Shown here one piece after another: positions 1 to 11,162 of a DNA stretch of 64,000 bases. The first letter of the stretch is position 1. Each line of letters opens with the position of its first letter. Source of the stretch: Vairimorpha necatrix (taxonomy: Eukaryota); assembly GCA_036630325.1 (NCBI GenBank), contig CP142727.1, forward strand, positions 558,001 through 622,000, read 5' to 3'. A model generated the notes under the pieces. It did not search any database. It was not told where the DNA came from and saw only the letters and a program-made list of their open reading frames with translations. A program made the position numbers and the translations under genes.

Positions 1-1204
1 TATTTCTAACTTTTTGTATATTTTAGTTAAAGTGAAGTGTAACAATAGGGGAAAATGTTAAATTACAATTAAAATTTCGATAATATTTCATTTTATACAC
101 TATTTGCACCTATACAACTTATTTTGTACTTTATGTTCTTCCACAAAAAAATAACTACATGCCCATCATAAATCCCTTTGCGTCATTCTTTAGTGTCTTT
201 AAACCTTATAAACATTTTATGAAACATTAAATAAATAGGTAATATATTTAAACAATAAGATTATTACAAGTATCAACATATACCGACGAAATGGCAATCT
301 TATATTCAAGATTTGACAAATCATAAGCAGAAATGTCGATATATTGTAAAATTGTACTTGTTGGCAAGTATTATAGATAATGAAATTAACTCTTGGGTGT
401 ATATCACTACCAGGACTGGATTTTTAAATTAAGCTGCGTGTATAACTGCCAGACATAAATTTTATCAAAAAGCAGTCGAAACTATTGAAGCGTAACATCG
501 CTTTCTATTCATTATTAAGATTCAAAAGTATATTATGAAGTTACTAATCAAATTAGGAAGTCAGGTCACTTCTTAAATCTATATTTTTTTAGAAAAAAAA
601 CATTGAAAACTGACTATCCGAATTTGCTGAAGTAAATGGCAAAGAAGGTGCGCAATTTATAAACAAATAAATTCTTGGGAATTTATTAGACGAAACTAAT
701 TTTATTGGCTTCCCCTAACCCTTGGACAAATAAAAAGGTCTGAGCCCAGATCGATGCAAAGTAAGAATATTAATAATAGAATCTAAAAATTTAAAAACCT
801 GGCTTTCATTTAAAATTAAGGCTTTCAGTTCCAATCTTCTCGTGTCTAAGAAAAAATTAACATAAAAATATCGTATAATAACATATAAAATTACCTCCAT
901 TTAATTCCTCATTCAATACATCTTATCAAAGAAGAAATTGTCCTTATTTTTATGTATACAAAATGCTTAAAGGTGGAAATATTAAAAGATCTTTTTCTGT
1001 CAGCCTTAGAGTGACAATAAGATAAGAATGAATAGCAAGCAGTACAAGACATTATAATTAAATTATAATGACATTATAAAGAAGCTGCGAAGATTATTTA
1101 GATTATGTTTATAAAACAAAAATTTATAACAAGCTTAGTTATAAATATATCTTTTATTTCTAATTATTCTTAATATTCTTCATCTTATAAATTCCCCCTC
1201 CTAA

Positions 1205-1714
1205 ATGAATGTAAGTTCTTATGATAAAAATAAATATGACAGGCAGATTCGTCTTTTTGGCAAGGAAGTCCAGGACAAATTGAACAATCTATCAGTTTCA
1301 GTTTTATCAGAGAAAGATGACACATTTGTATCAGGGGAAATTATGAAGAACTTGGTACTATTAGGAGTAAATAAAATATATGCTGATGATAATACGCTTA
1401 AGTCTTTTACTAGACTGGTTCCTAATACCATAGAAGGCATAAACCCTAAAATTAATATGCTTGATAAACCAGAAGGAATAATTTTCGTAGTTGACAAGTT
1501 ACACAGTGTGCCAGAGGTTGTAAATTTTTACATTTCGAGCGAGAGCTTGGAATTTGACAATAAGGAAATTATAAAAAATGCAGCATTTTGTAAAGATGAA
1601 AGTCATTACATTAAAGAATGTTTGTTAGGTGGGATTGTAATCCAAGAATTTATAAAAATGTTACAAAATCAAACTTATCAAACTAAATTTTCCCTTAGTA
1701 AATTATTGAATTAA
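1205..1714 (+). CDS. Ubiquitin-like activating enzyme E1 subunit (AOS1/SAE1-like, reduced)
   Basis: N-terminal YDRQIRLFG motif and GEIMKNLVLLGV of the ThiF/E1 adenylation domain. Only 169 aa. C-rich motif (CCCCCTCC) just before the ATG. Confidence 0.8.
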   Translation: MNVSSYDKNKYDRQIRLFGKEVQDKLNNLSVSVLSEKDDTFVSGEIMKNLVLLGVNKIYADDNTLKSFTRLVPNTIEGINPKINMLDKPEGIIFVVDKLHSVPEVVNFYISSESLEFDNKEIIKNAAFCKDESHYIKECLLGGIVIQEFIKMLQNQTYQTKFSLSKLLN

Positions 1715-1802
1715 AGAATTGTTAACTTCTATGATAAAATTATTATATTATAATTTTGTTTGTTTTTTACATATAATTAATTATATTTAAAATTTTTTAT
1801 TT

Positions 1803-2990
1803 TTATTCATTTGCTATTTCTAATACTAATCTTCTACCATAAAGATGAGTGCTCTTACCAAAATATTCAATAGCTTCATCCAATGACTTCCTCGTGTCAA
1901 ATGTCACAAATGCAAATCCTCTCAATGTTCCATCTCTTTTTATTGGCAATCTAATTCCTTGAATTTTATATTTATTTTTAAATAAATTTCTAATATCTTT
2001 CTCTGTAGCTTGAAATGGAATATTTTTTATTAACATTTTAATTTTTTTATCATCTTTTTCTACTGCTTCTTCTTCTTCTTCTTGTTCTTCACAAAGTGGC
2101 GCGTATTCGCAATAAATTACTTCATTCTCACATCTCCTCAAATTTATATTTTTAAAACATTTTTGTGCTTCATCTTCATTTTTAAATTTTAATAATACTA
2201 AATTTCTACTAGGAGATGGTTCGATTTTACATTTACATTTTACAAAATTCAATATTTTATTTATTTCTACATTTCTAACTATCAATACTTTCTTATTTTT
2301 CTTATCGCTAATTTTGTCTAAAAAAATAGAATTTTTTTTTAAAAATTTATCAGTTTCATTTACTAAATTTGTTTCTAAAAGGGCGACTTTAGTCCCAAGT
2401 TCGTCGTCATCTAAATCTACTAATTCGTTTTTCTTTAGTCCCAAGTCGCATGTGTTTTTTATAACTGACTCGAAATTAAAAAATAAAGAATTGTAATACG
2501 AAGTATTAGGAGGCGTATTTTTATAAGGGGAAATTTTTACAAATTTCCCGTTTAAAATAGATACTTCTTTAAGTACTCGGAGTGTATTTTCTACATCTCT
2601 GTATTGTAAAATAATATTATTGTCATTTATTTCATATTTTAAAATATCTCCAAATTTTTTTAATTCGGGGATGTCTTCTAGTGTAGCCCCTTTTATTATT
2701 ATTTTATTGTGGTATTTTACAATTCTTTCTTCTGATTCACTTATTTCTTTTTTTATTGGTGTTGCTTCTTCTACGGAGATTTTATGATTTGAAATATATG
2801 AATTATTCATCTTTTTTATTACTTTATTAGAAATCTCTGTTGATTGGTAAGAAATGTAACAGACTCGTCTAAAATTTCCTTTGGAGTCTTTAAGCATCAA
2901 GAAATCTACTATTTTCCCATGAGTACTAAATTCTTTTTTTATTTCATTTTCTGTTAAAAATTTTGGTAGATTTTTAACTATCAATCTCAT
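1803..2990 (-). CDS. MRD1: Multiple-RRM ribosome biogenesis protein (MRD1/RBM19-like)
   Basis: Starts MRLIVKNLP (RRM1). The C-terminal RRM has IKNIPFQAT, RGFAFVTF and STHLYGRRLVLE, typical of Mrd1. Start moved from the ORF track to the ATG at 2990, which is preceded by CCCC. Confidence 0.85.
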   Translation of the reverse strand: MRLIVKNLPKFLTENEIKKEFSTHGKIVDFLMLKDSKGNFRRVCYISYQSTEISNKVIKKMNNSYISNHKISVEEATPIKKEISESEERIVKYHNKIIIKGATLEDIPELKKFGDILKYEINDNNIILQYRDVENTLRVLKEVSILNGKFVKISPYKNTPPNTSYYNSLFFNFESVIKNTCDLGLKKNELVDLDDDELGTKVALLETNLVNETDKFLKKNSIFLDKISDKKNKKVLIVRNVEINKILNFVKCKCKIEPSPSRNLVLLKFKNEDEAQKCFKNINLRRCENEVIYCEYAPLCEEQEEEEEAVEKDDKKIKMLIKNIPFQATEKDIRNLFKNKYKIQGIRLPIKRDGTLRGFAFVTFDTRKSLDEAIEYFGKSTHLYGRRLVLEIANE

Positions 2991-3670
2991 GGGGTAGAGA
3001 AATAAAAAAACAATAAAGAAAGATCCGAAATACTTAAAAATTAGAATTGAGATATTTATTCTATGATTTATCATATTTAGAGGACAATATCAAAAATAAA
3101 ATTTATTTTTATTTGAAAAAGTTAAATTTCACAGCTGAACTTGACCCAATATTTTTAACTTAATTTTTTATTTCATCTTTTTGTAAATCATTGTAGCACA
3201 TTTTTGCACTTTCCAGAAGAGATCTAATTACTGTATAAACTTTTTTAATCTTCAAACATTTAGTTGATGGCAAGCTTATGTATTCCTTATTTTACAATTA
3301 AGAGAGGATGTTTTCTTTGTTGTTTTTTCTATACGCACTTAGCCCAGTGGCGTAAAACTTTGTTTGTCTTGTGTAAATTTAGAGACTCTTGTGACCGCCT
3401 TTGTATGATTTGATTATTTTCTATGTGTTGATGACATTATCTTGACTTTTTCTGCGTAATAATGCCTCATTTCCGCATAGTCCATTTACTTGAATAAATT
3501 ATTTGTAATTGAAAGAGCATTCTCATATTATAAACATAGAAAAGACAACGAAAAGAAGTAATATTACCACATGATAGATATTTAAGTCTATGTAAAATAT
3601 TTAAGTTTTATTTTAACAATGACATCACATACGATTAATTTTTTAAGCGTATTCCAGAATATTGTCACGA

Positions 3671-4213
3671 TTAAGCACAAGAAACATAACCAAAAAGATT
3701 TTTGATTTTTGTTAATACTGAGTTCCTAATAAAATCATCAGCTATATTATATGTTTTTCTACACCAATTATACATTTTATAAATCCACTTTAGAAAGTTC
3801 CACCAAGGCACTGCCGACTCATAGGTTTCATTTAATTTTCTCGCTAATGTTTCTATTAAAGTTTTATATTCATTAGCCATAAACAACTTATGTTCTTCAG
3901 AAACTTTAGGAACATAAACTTTATTAGATCTTCCTCTGTGATATTCTACAAAAGGTCTAAAATCTGATGTATTGAGTCTAATTTGCGATCTGTCACACTT
4001 TTTAATCTCAAGTAAAGGACTATCATGCTTGGGCGTGGGATTCCAAGTCCAAGGAGTGCGATGATGATTTGTCGTGGGTGTCTCGACAAAACAATATGCA
4101 GGTTTAGACTCTTGTTTCTTTCTCCAATAGAAATGAAGAATAGCAGTTATTATTGGAGTAATAAAAATTATTTTTCGCCTTAAATATTTTCTGCTGAAAA
4201 ATAAGTCCTGCAT
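3671..4213 (-). CDS. Hypothetical protein with N-terminal membrane anchor
   Basis: Open frame of 180 aa from an ATG preceded by CCCCTTTT. Hydrophobic stretch IIFITPIITAILHFYW flanked by basic residues. No family recognised. Confidence 0.6.
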   Translation of the reverse strand: MQDLFFSRKYLRRKIIFITPIITAILHFYWRKKQESKPAYCFVETPTTNHHRTPWTWNPTPKHDSPLLEIKKCDRSQIRLNTSDFRPFVEYHRGRSNKVYVPKVSEEHKLFMANEYKTLIETLARKLNETYESAVPWWNFLKWIYKMYNWCRKTYNIADDFIRNSVLTKIKNLFGYVSCA

Positions 4214-4724
4214 AAAAGGGGTGAAATTAATTCTATTTATAGTTTTTTTCAAAAAAACAAACAAACTATTTTAAAAAAAATAAGAAATTAAAACACCCAT
4301 AAAAAAAAATTCTAATGATTTTTTATATTACACAATATGTAATTTAATATAAATAATATGTATTTTCATAAAATTAAGTTGTAAATTTTTTTCTATGATC
4401 AATTTTTTTGAACTTTACAAATTATAAACAAGACATCTAAAGAGGCTTAAAAATATGATCATTTAGATCGCCTGCCAAAAATCTCTTTCTTTGTTTTAAT
4501 AAAACCGACATATGTATTACTTAAGAAATTGATGCGTCATCTTAATATACAGAGTAAATTAATACATAAAACCATATAAAAGTAAAAAGATTCTGTAAAT
4601 ATTTAAAATCAATTATATGTTTGAAAAAAGTTTCAAATTTGACATGTAGAAATTTATTCAAAGAACTAAACGAAATCCAATTGCCACGCCCCCATGCTAA
4701 ATATTAAATGGCATTTATTCTGTT

Positions 4725-4985
4725 TTATAGCTCACTAATAGTAATAATAGTGTCTCCTCTTATATAAACTTCTTTATCTTCTAAATCTTCTTCACTTTTA
4801 TATCCTTCTAATCTTTTTTTCACTCCTCTATTTTTACTGGTCATTTTCTTATAAACAGTCACATCGTAAACAATTAAGTTGAAATGCTTGTCATATTTCT
4901 TAAGTTTACAAACAAGCTTGTGATTATTCCGGAGAGAAACAAGAACAGTAGAATTAGTTTTATACAATTTGTCAAAAAATAACAT
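4725..4985 (-). CDS. SMD2: Small nuclear ribonucleoprotein Sm D2-like
   Basis: Sm1 motif VLVSLRNNHKLVCKLKKYDKHFNLIV and Sm2 motif VYIRGDTII. ATG at 4985 preceded by GCCCTTT. Confidence 0.8.
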   Translation of the reverse strand: MLFFDKLYKTNSTVLVSLRNNHKLVCKLKKYDKHFNLIVYDVTVYKKMTSKNRGVKKRLEGYKSEEDLEDKEVYIRGDTIITISEL

Positions 4986-5002
4986 AAAGGGCAAAAAAAG
5001 AT

Positions 5003-5320
5003 TTAATTTTCTTTCCAATTTGTTTTACATGAAATGCACTCATAAAAGATCGTCATTGGCTCATCTGCACTTCTGGTTTGTAATTCCATAAATAAAGCTT
5101 TTTTTCCATCACATTTTATACATTTCTTTTCACATGTACTTGCGTATTTGTACTCATCTTCTCCTAAGACTTTTTCTACCTCCATGACTTTGTTTTTGAC
5201 TGTTTTGTTGAGGACTATGTTGATTTTGTACTGGTAGGGACATGTGTTACATAATAAAACAGTCTGTGTGGTTGGTCTATCAATATTCAGAATGTTTGAA
5301 CATAAAGGACAAAAAAACAT
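5003..5320 (-). CDS. RPC11: RNA polymerase III subunit C11 (TFIIS-like zinc ribbons)
   Basis: MFFCPLCSNIL...CNTCPY and QTRSADEPMTIFYECISCKTNWKEN. ATG at 5320 preceded by GCCCA. Confidence 0.9.
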   Translation of the reverse strand: MFFCPLCSNILNIDRPTTQTVLLCNTCPYQYKINIVLNKTVKNKVMEVEKVLGEDEYKYASTCEKKCIKCDGKKALFMELQTRSADEPMTIFYECISCKTNWKEN

Positions 5321-5387
5321 TGGGCAGTGTAAAATTGTCATTTTCAAAAAATTTTAAAAATAAAAATTTTTAGATTGACATTTTCAA

Positions 5388-5470
5388 CTCTCAGTAGCTC
5401 AGTGGCAGAGCGTTCGACTGTAGAAAATGTGGATATCGAATGGTCACAGGTTCGACTCCTGTCTGGGAGA
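5388..5470 (+). tRNA. tRNA-Tyr(GTA) with 11-nt intron (5424-5434)
   Basis: Acceptor stem CTCTCAG/CTGGGAG plus A73. D arm TAGCTCAGTGGCAGAGC. Anticodon stem TTCGA/TCGAA with CT-GTA-G. Intron AAAATGTGGAT at 37/38. T arm ACAGG-TTCGACT-CCTGT. T-run terminator follows. Confidence 0.95.
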
Positions 5471-5881
5471 ATTTTTTCTTAAATCTTGTTATTAATAATA
5501 TAGATAACGCTAAAAAAGATATTTGGTATAACTGATAAAGTATGCTGAAATAAGATATAATCAAGTGAATGATATCAATAATATCATATATTCTTTTGTA
5601 GTAAATTTTATATTGTATGAGTTTAAAATATAATATAAGAGGTTAAAACAAACATGAAAATTTTACAACGCCATTAAAAATATTACCATATGACATTAAA
5701 ATAGTTAAGGCCAACAATTTAATTTTTAGTTTGATAACAAAATAAAGATCAAACATAAAATACCTCAAATATAATGGTCTTCGACACAAATTTTTATTTT
5801 TAATTAATACAATTAAACCAAAAAAAATAAATTTTGAACTACATGTATTTTTATAATCGCAAATAAGATTAATAAATTTTA

Positions 5882-7903
5882 TTAAAAATCTTTAAGTATC
5901 TTTTCATTGCCCTTTAAAATTATCTGGTCATTATAAACTCTACCATACACTTTCTCATCATAAACTAAAAAGCTAAATCTTTCATCATCTATCTTAAAAA
6001 CTTCATCCATATTAATATTTTCTACTAACTTATATTTTGTCAACCTATTAAACTCTTTCTCCCATACTTCTTTAGTTATAGAATGTTTGGAAATTTTATT
6101 TCGTATTGAAACTTCATATTGACTTTCATTAAATATTATTTTTACATTATCGACATTAGAAATATCACATAAAGGAACTTTGCTTTCTTTAGACAATGTA
6201 ATTTTCTGTGTATTTCCTTCTGTAATACACTCAACAAAAGTATCTTTCTCTAATACATCAATACTTAAAATTAATATGTTGTTTCTAAGAAACATTTCAC
6301 CTTTTATTGAATCATGATCCACTAAAATTTTATCTTTTTCGATGTCTCTAAAAATAATAAAGGTTTTCATTAAATTTTCTTTGACAATTTTGCTTTTAGT
6401 ATTAATTTCTAGATCGAAAGATTCAGATTTTGTTTGTGTGGTGTTAATAACGCCTGTGGAATTTTCTTGATATGGTTTAGAATCAAGTAAATTATTAAAC
6501 AAATCAACTTGTACTTTCTTTACAACTTTTTCTTTGATTTTATCCTGAAATTGTAACAAAGAAGATATATCGGTTTCAATTAAACTTGTTAACGCTTTAA
6601 CCTTCTCATTATAAACGTGTTTATATTTTTGTAATGACTTAATTAATCCATTTTTGTCATAAATATCTCGTTTGTATAAGTTTAAATGATATGATAAAAT
6701 AGTGTTAAAACTGGCTGTTATAACCGGAAGTAGATCATCATCAAAATACATTGAACAAAGATAGACATATTTTTTTAAAAGATCTTGTTTCATATCTTCA
6801 TGTTTATCAATTAAAAATATTAGATATTTTTGAATAACATATTTCAATTTATCTTCTTTATGAACTTTATACAACGAATTAATGACTTTGTTGATTTCAT
6901 TTTCATAGAAAACATCTTCAAATATCAAACAATCCTTTGCAATGCTGTATTCAATAATTTCTACGAAATTATGTCTTCCTATCTCTTTAACACTAAATTC
7001 ATCCAAATTTTTAAAAAGAATACGGATTTTTTGTAATTTAATGTAATCGGGATCTTTACCGTATATAATATAAGTAAAATTTGAATATTTTACATATTCA
7101 AGCATTTCTTCGTGTAATAATAAAATATTATATAGATTTTCAGGTGTAGTGTCCATATGAATTAATGATTGATTATATGCATCTTGTAAATATTCTGGAT
7201 ATTTGAATAATATAATCTTACAAGTGTAATAAAATAATTGCAAGTTATCTTTTTTAAGTAAAATTTTTATAATATTACAATTTGAAAATTCTGCTTTCTC
7301 ATAATACATCTTCCTAAGTATTGGTATTAAATTTGCATTATTATAAATGTTTGAAAGTATTATATTGTCAGGCATAGTATGATTTGTTAAACTTATAATA
7401 TGTAGATAATCAGGATCCTTCCAATCTTCAGTTAACTGCTTGACAACCTCAGTTCCAAATTTTTTATCACAAGCATAAGCGACATAGTAAGCTTGTCTTT
7501 TGTTATTTGTGGTTTTCAAATATTTTATTATATGCGATAAGAAAGAATTAATAATAGACTTGTCAGACAACTCAACGATATAATTTATAATTATTTCTGA
7601 CATGTCCGAGAAATCTTTTAGAAATGTATTGACCAATAAGAGTCTTCTCTCATCTTCATTATAAATTTTAAAAAAATATTTGAAATATTCATTTGTAAGT
7701 TTTTTCAATGTACGATTTGTAGTGTCAATAAGCTTTATAACATAATCAAATTCGAGAGTAAAATCATAACCTTCTTGTATTTTACATAAAATATATTTAA
7801 GAGCATCAATATTATCATTTGGAGATGTTGATTTTAACAGTAAAATAAGTTTATCATTGGAATATTTCTCTGTAATAAATTTGTTAGTTTTGAAAAAATT
7901 CAT
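5882..7903 (-). CDS. Adaptor protein complex beta subunit-like (adaptin N-terminal region)
   Basis: DALKYIL...FDYVIKLI...LKKLTNEY...LLLVNTFLKDFSD and DPDYIKLQKIRIL resemble beta-adaptin HEAT repeats. 673 aa. Confidence 0.7.
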   Translation of the reverse strand: MNFFKTNKFITEKYSNDKLILLLKSTSPNDNIDALKYILCKIQEGYDFTLEFDYVIKLIDTTNRTLKKLTNEYFKYFFKIYNEDERRLLLVNTFLKDFSDMSEIIINYIVELSDKSIINSFLSHIIKYLKTTNNKRQAYYVAYACDKKFGTEVVKQLTEDWKDPDYLHIISLTNHTMPDNIILSNIYNNANLIPILRKMYYEKAEFSNCNIIKILLKKDNLQLFYYTCKIILFKYPEYLQDAYNQSLIHMDTTPENLYNILLLHEEMLEYVKYSNFTYIIYGKDPDYIKLQKIRILFKNLDEFSVKEIGRHNFVEIIEYSIAKDCLIFEDVFYENEINKVINSLYKVHKEDKLKYVIQKYLIFLIDKHEDMKQDLLKKYVYLCSMYFDDDLLPVITASFNTILSYHLNLYKRDIYDKNGLIKSLQKYKHVYNEKVKALTSLIETDISSLLQFQDKIKEKVVKKVQVDLFNNLLDSKPYQENSTGVINTTQTKSESFDLEINTKSKIVKENLMKTFIIFRDIEKDKILVDHDSIKGEMFLRNNILILSIDVLEKDTFVECITEGNTQKITLSKESKVPLCDISNVDNVKIIFNESQYEVSIRNKISKHSITKEVWEKEFNRLTKYKLVENINMDEVFKIDDERFSFLVYDEKVYGRVYNDQIILKGNEKILKDF

Positions 7904-8005
7904 TTGTTTATTTTGTTAAATATGTTTTTGTGCAAATGTTTCAAAATGATTTCTAAACAAACATGTTTCATCCTAATAATAAAAATAAAAACTTCAAATT
8001 TTTAT

Positions 8006-9316
8006 ATGTCAAATATTAAAAAGTCGGGTATAGAAAAAGATACTCACGATGATAAAGACAATACACTACAAATCCAATCCGATAAAAAATTATTAAAACA
8101 ACTTGCTAGAGTAGTAGGCTTATACGATACTAGAAATAACGATATTATGAATATTACATTAAAACCTTCTCCAATATTGAAATCGGATTATTTATCACTA
8201 AAAAAATTACAGCCAAAATTAAATTTAATGTATTATCGTCTTACAAAAGATTTAAAGTCTTATAAATTTGATGAACCAATGAATAAATTTCTATATGATA
8301 TATTTTTTGAGAAGGAAAAAACTAAAAAAGAAGATGTAATTGCTTTATATTTTAGATCTGACTATTTATTGGATAATGATCAATATAAACAGGTAGAAAT
8401 AAATACAATTTCACAATGTTTTAATTTTTTAGGACCACGGATAAATAGAATACATTCGCTTATGTATCCAAATGTAGAAGTTAGTAATTCTGATAAAAAA
8501 TTTGTAAATTTTATAATCAGTATAAAAAAATATTATGAATTAAAAAATAATATAAAAAACACAGTGATTGTAATGGTCGACAACACTACAGGCGTAAATA
8601 ATTCCAATTATATGGAAAAGATACAGCTTATAGAAGCTTTTCTTTGCAGTGGTATACATTTACGACATGTTACCATTGAAGAATTAGAAAACAAAAAAGA
8701 TAAAGAAGAAGATAAGTTGGAAAATATTTATTATCAGAATGAAAGAGTATCTATTATATATTACAGATGGTTTTATAATTTTGAGCACTTTGATGATAAA
8801 TCCAAGATCATTAGAAAGGATTTAGAATTAGCTAATGTTATAAATTTACCTTCTATTGAATTTCAAATTATAAATAGCAAGCTATTTCAAGTAATTTTAT
8901 CAGACAAATTAAATTTATACACAGAAGAAACGAATGAGATTAGTAATTATTTTGGCGAGTTTATATTAAATAAAGAAAGATTTGAAAAAAGAAAATTAGA
9001 AGAAAAAATTAAAGCGGATGATTGGCTTGAAAAAAGTGTAGATGAAGGAGGGAACAGTATTAACAAGGGTAAAAGCAATAGTATATTTATGAAAAAATTT
9101 AACTCTGCTACAGTTAAAAATATGTTTATATATGACAAATCTGAACGTGAAATTATTAATGAGGTAAGTATCTTTGGATGTTTGTTAATCGTCGATGACA
9201 AAATTATAATAAATGATGAAGCAGGTTATATCGTACGTAGTAAAGACAAAAGGAATCTTGAGGGAGGGATATGTTCAGGAAATGGCGCATTAGATTCATT
9301 AACTCTTATAGAGTAA
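8006..9316 (+). CDS. GSH2: Glutathione synthetase (eukaryotic type)
   Basis: FRSDYLL, KQVEINTIS, IIYYR, EGG, GYIVRSK and C-terminal EGGICSGNGALDS motifs. Likely start at ATG 8006. The ORF track start at 7904 is a TTG. Confidence 0.88.
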   Translation: MSNIKKSGIEKDTHDDKDNTLQIQSDKKLLKQLARVVGLYDTRNNDIMNITLKPSPILKSDYLSLKKLQPKLNLMYYRLTKDLKSYKFDEPMNKFLYDIFFEKEKTKKEDVIALYFRSDYLLDNDQYKQVEINTISQCFNFLGPRINRIHSLMYPNVEVSNSDKKFVNFIISIKKYYELKNNIKNTVIVMVDNTTGVNNSNYMEKIQLIEAFLCSGIHLRHVTIEELENKKDKEEDKLENIYYQNERVSIIYYRWFYNFEHFDDKSKIIRKDLELANVINLPSIEFQIINSKLFQVILSDKLNLYTEETNEISNYFGEFILNKERFEKRKLEEKIKADDWLEKSVDEGGNSINKGKSNSIFMKKFNSATVKNMFIYDKSEREIINEVSIFGCLLIVDDKIIINDEAGYIVRSKDKRNLEGGICSGNGALDSLTLIE

Positions 9317-11162
9317 AAATTAAAAAAAATTCTTATGCATATCTTTTTTTTTCCTAAATTTTATAATATGAGATATCAAATTTGTGCCCTTCTTATCGAA
9401 TTATATATATACCAATATTGTTATTAGATAATATAAAAATTTACAGGAAAAAAATCTTTGTAATTATTTATACTCTTAAATACATTTTTTATTTTTAAAT
9501 CACTATAAATTTAGTTAAAATTTATCGATATAAAGCTTAAATTATATGGAAAATTTTACAAGCATACGTATGTGTAATTTTTTTTTTTGTTGTTCTGAAA
9601 GTCGAATAGCATATATAGCCCTAAGTCTTATCTTGTCTGAAATGTGTATTTTATATGTTTATATAAATTCTAAAATGGTTTTTATTTTTTTCGAAACTGT
9701 AAGATTCTAATAATAGTCCAATGAGACAAATATCATTTTTTATTTAAAATTATACAGTATGTTGATTTTTACTATTTAGACATACGATAACATTTAAATG
9801 TGATGAAAAAATAATAACAAAAAAACAGTATCTCATAGAATACTAATCAAATTTGAGTTATGATTCGATCTGGCAAATGGTAAATATTTGTAATATTCGA
9901 TGCAAAGATTATGCTGTTGGGTTAACTATATACAATTATCAAAAAAAATATTTAGAATAATTTTAATAAGAAGCATTAAAACAACGAAAATGATCTATAA
10001 AAACCTAAACCGGATATTAGATAACGATATAACAATAGAAGATTTTTACATTTAATATTTTTGTATATAAAAAATGAAACCAAGATATTGGATAATACAA
10101 CAATGAAACACAATACACATTCACTAGGTTTAATACTGTTATACATAGTGATCTTTTTTAAATCTTATTATTACTATAAATGTTAAAAAATTAATTTATA
10201 TTTTATTTCGAATCAGATTATTGTGCAGACACATCATTTACAGTATAGTACATTGATAATCATGTTCAAACAATTATTCATAAGATACTCATCATAATTT
10301 ATGCCATAAATAAGTCATTTTAAGAGACAACATATATATATCTATCTACTTCTACAATATTATTAAAGCAATTTTATACAATTCATTACCCCCCTCCTTT
10401 CCTCGATTTACGAAATCTCTTACATATTATTTTATACTTAATATGTTATATTAATATTAATATAAGTTTTTAGTTCCATTTTGAAAATTTTATTTATGTA
10501 CAATTTATGTTCAATTCATTTTCTAGTATTATTTTTTATAGCTTAGCTCTAAAATGTCGTCAGATCGTTATTTAGAACTTATTAAACGTCTCTACAATTA
10601 AATTGTTTAAAGTTTAAACTTCAATATTAATATTAATAAGTGTAAAAAAATGATGTATGAGATTTTTTTTCAATGTCTCAGTATATTTTGTATATGTGTT
10701 ATAATCATACTTTACTATTTATACGTTACTTAAGTGTGTTTTGATAACCATATTGATACCTTGTTAGATTTTTATTTTTTCGAAACAAGACTTAAAATGA
10801 TAAAAAGATGCATAATATTAAACATGTACATTAAATTCGGGGATTGAAACAAAAAGTATAGCTAGTTTAATCATAAAAATAGACAATTTTTCTTGCAGAA
10901 CATGGTAATCACTTCACTGATATACATGTTATCTATTAAACAGAATGATATAATTCTGTAGTCTCATTTTCTTTTAGAAAGAAAACAGTAATTTACAATT
11001 GATGCTCTTTTGTTTTGCAAACAAAATGTTATTAAATTTAGAAAATTTTATTCTTTAAAATTCATACATCAATATATAGTCGTTTCTGATTGACACATAT
11101 TTGTTAGATTTAATTTATCTTTTATAGGTCAATTATAATTAATCGCAAATGGGCCCAAACCC

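Noticed and set aside
270-900. 61-aa ORF 715-900 and neighbouring coding-like sequence
   Set aside because: Short, no motifs, no clear CCC start context.
3200-3485. Possible small minus-strand gene starting MDYAEMRHYY
   Set aside because: Stops after about 23 codons with no recognisable homology. At most an unassignable relic.
7904-8005. N-terminal extensions from the ORF track (also at 3074, 4264, 5018, 5347, 23968 and 40678)
   Set aside because: Mostly non-ATG or upstream starts. Homology and/or the CCC motif support the downstream ATGs.
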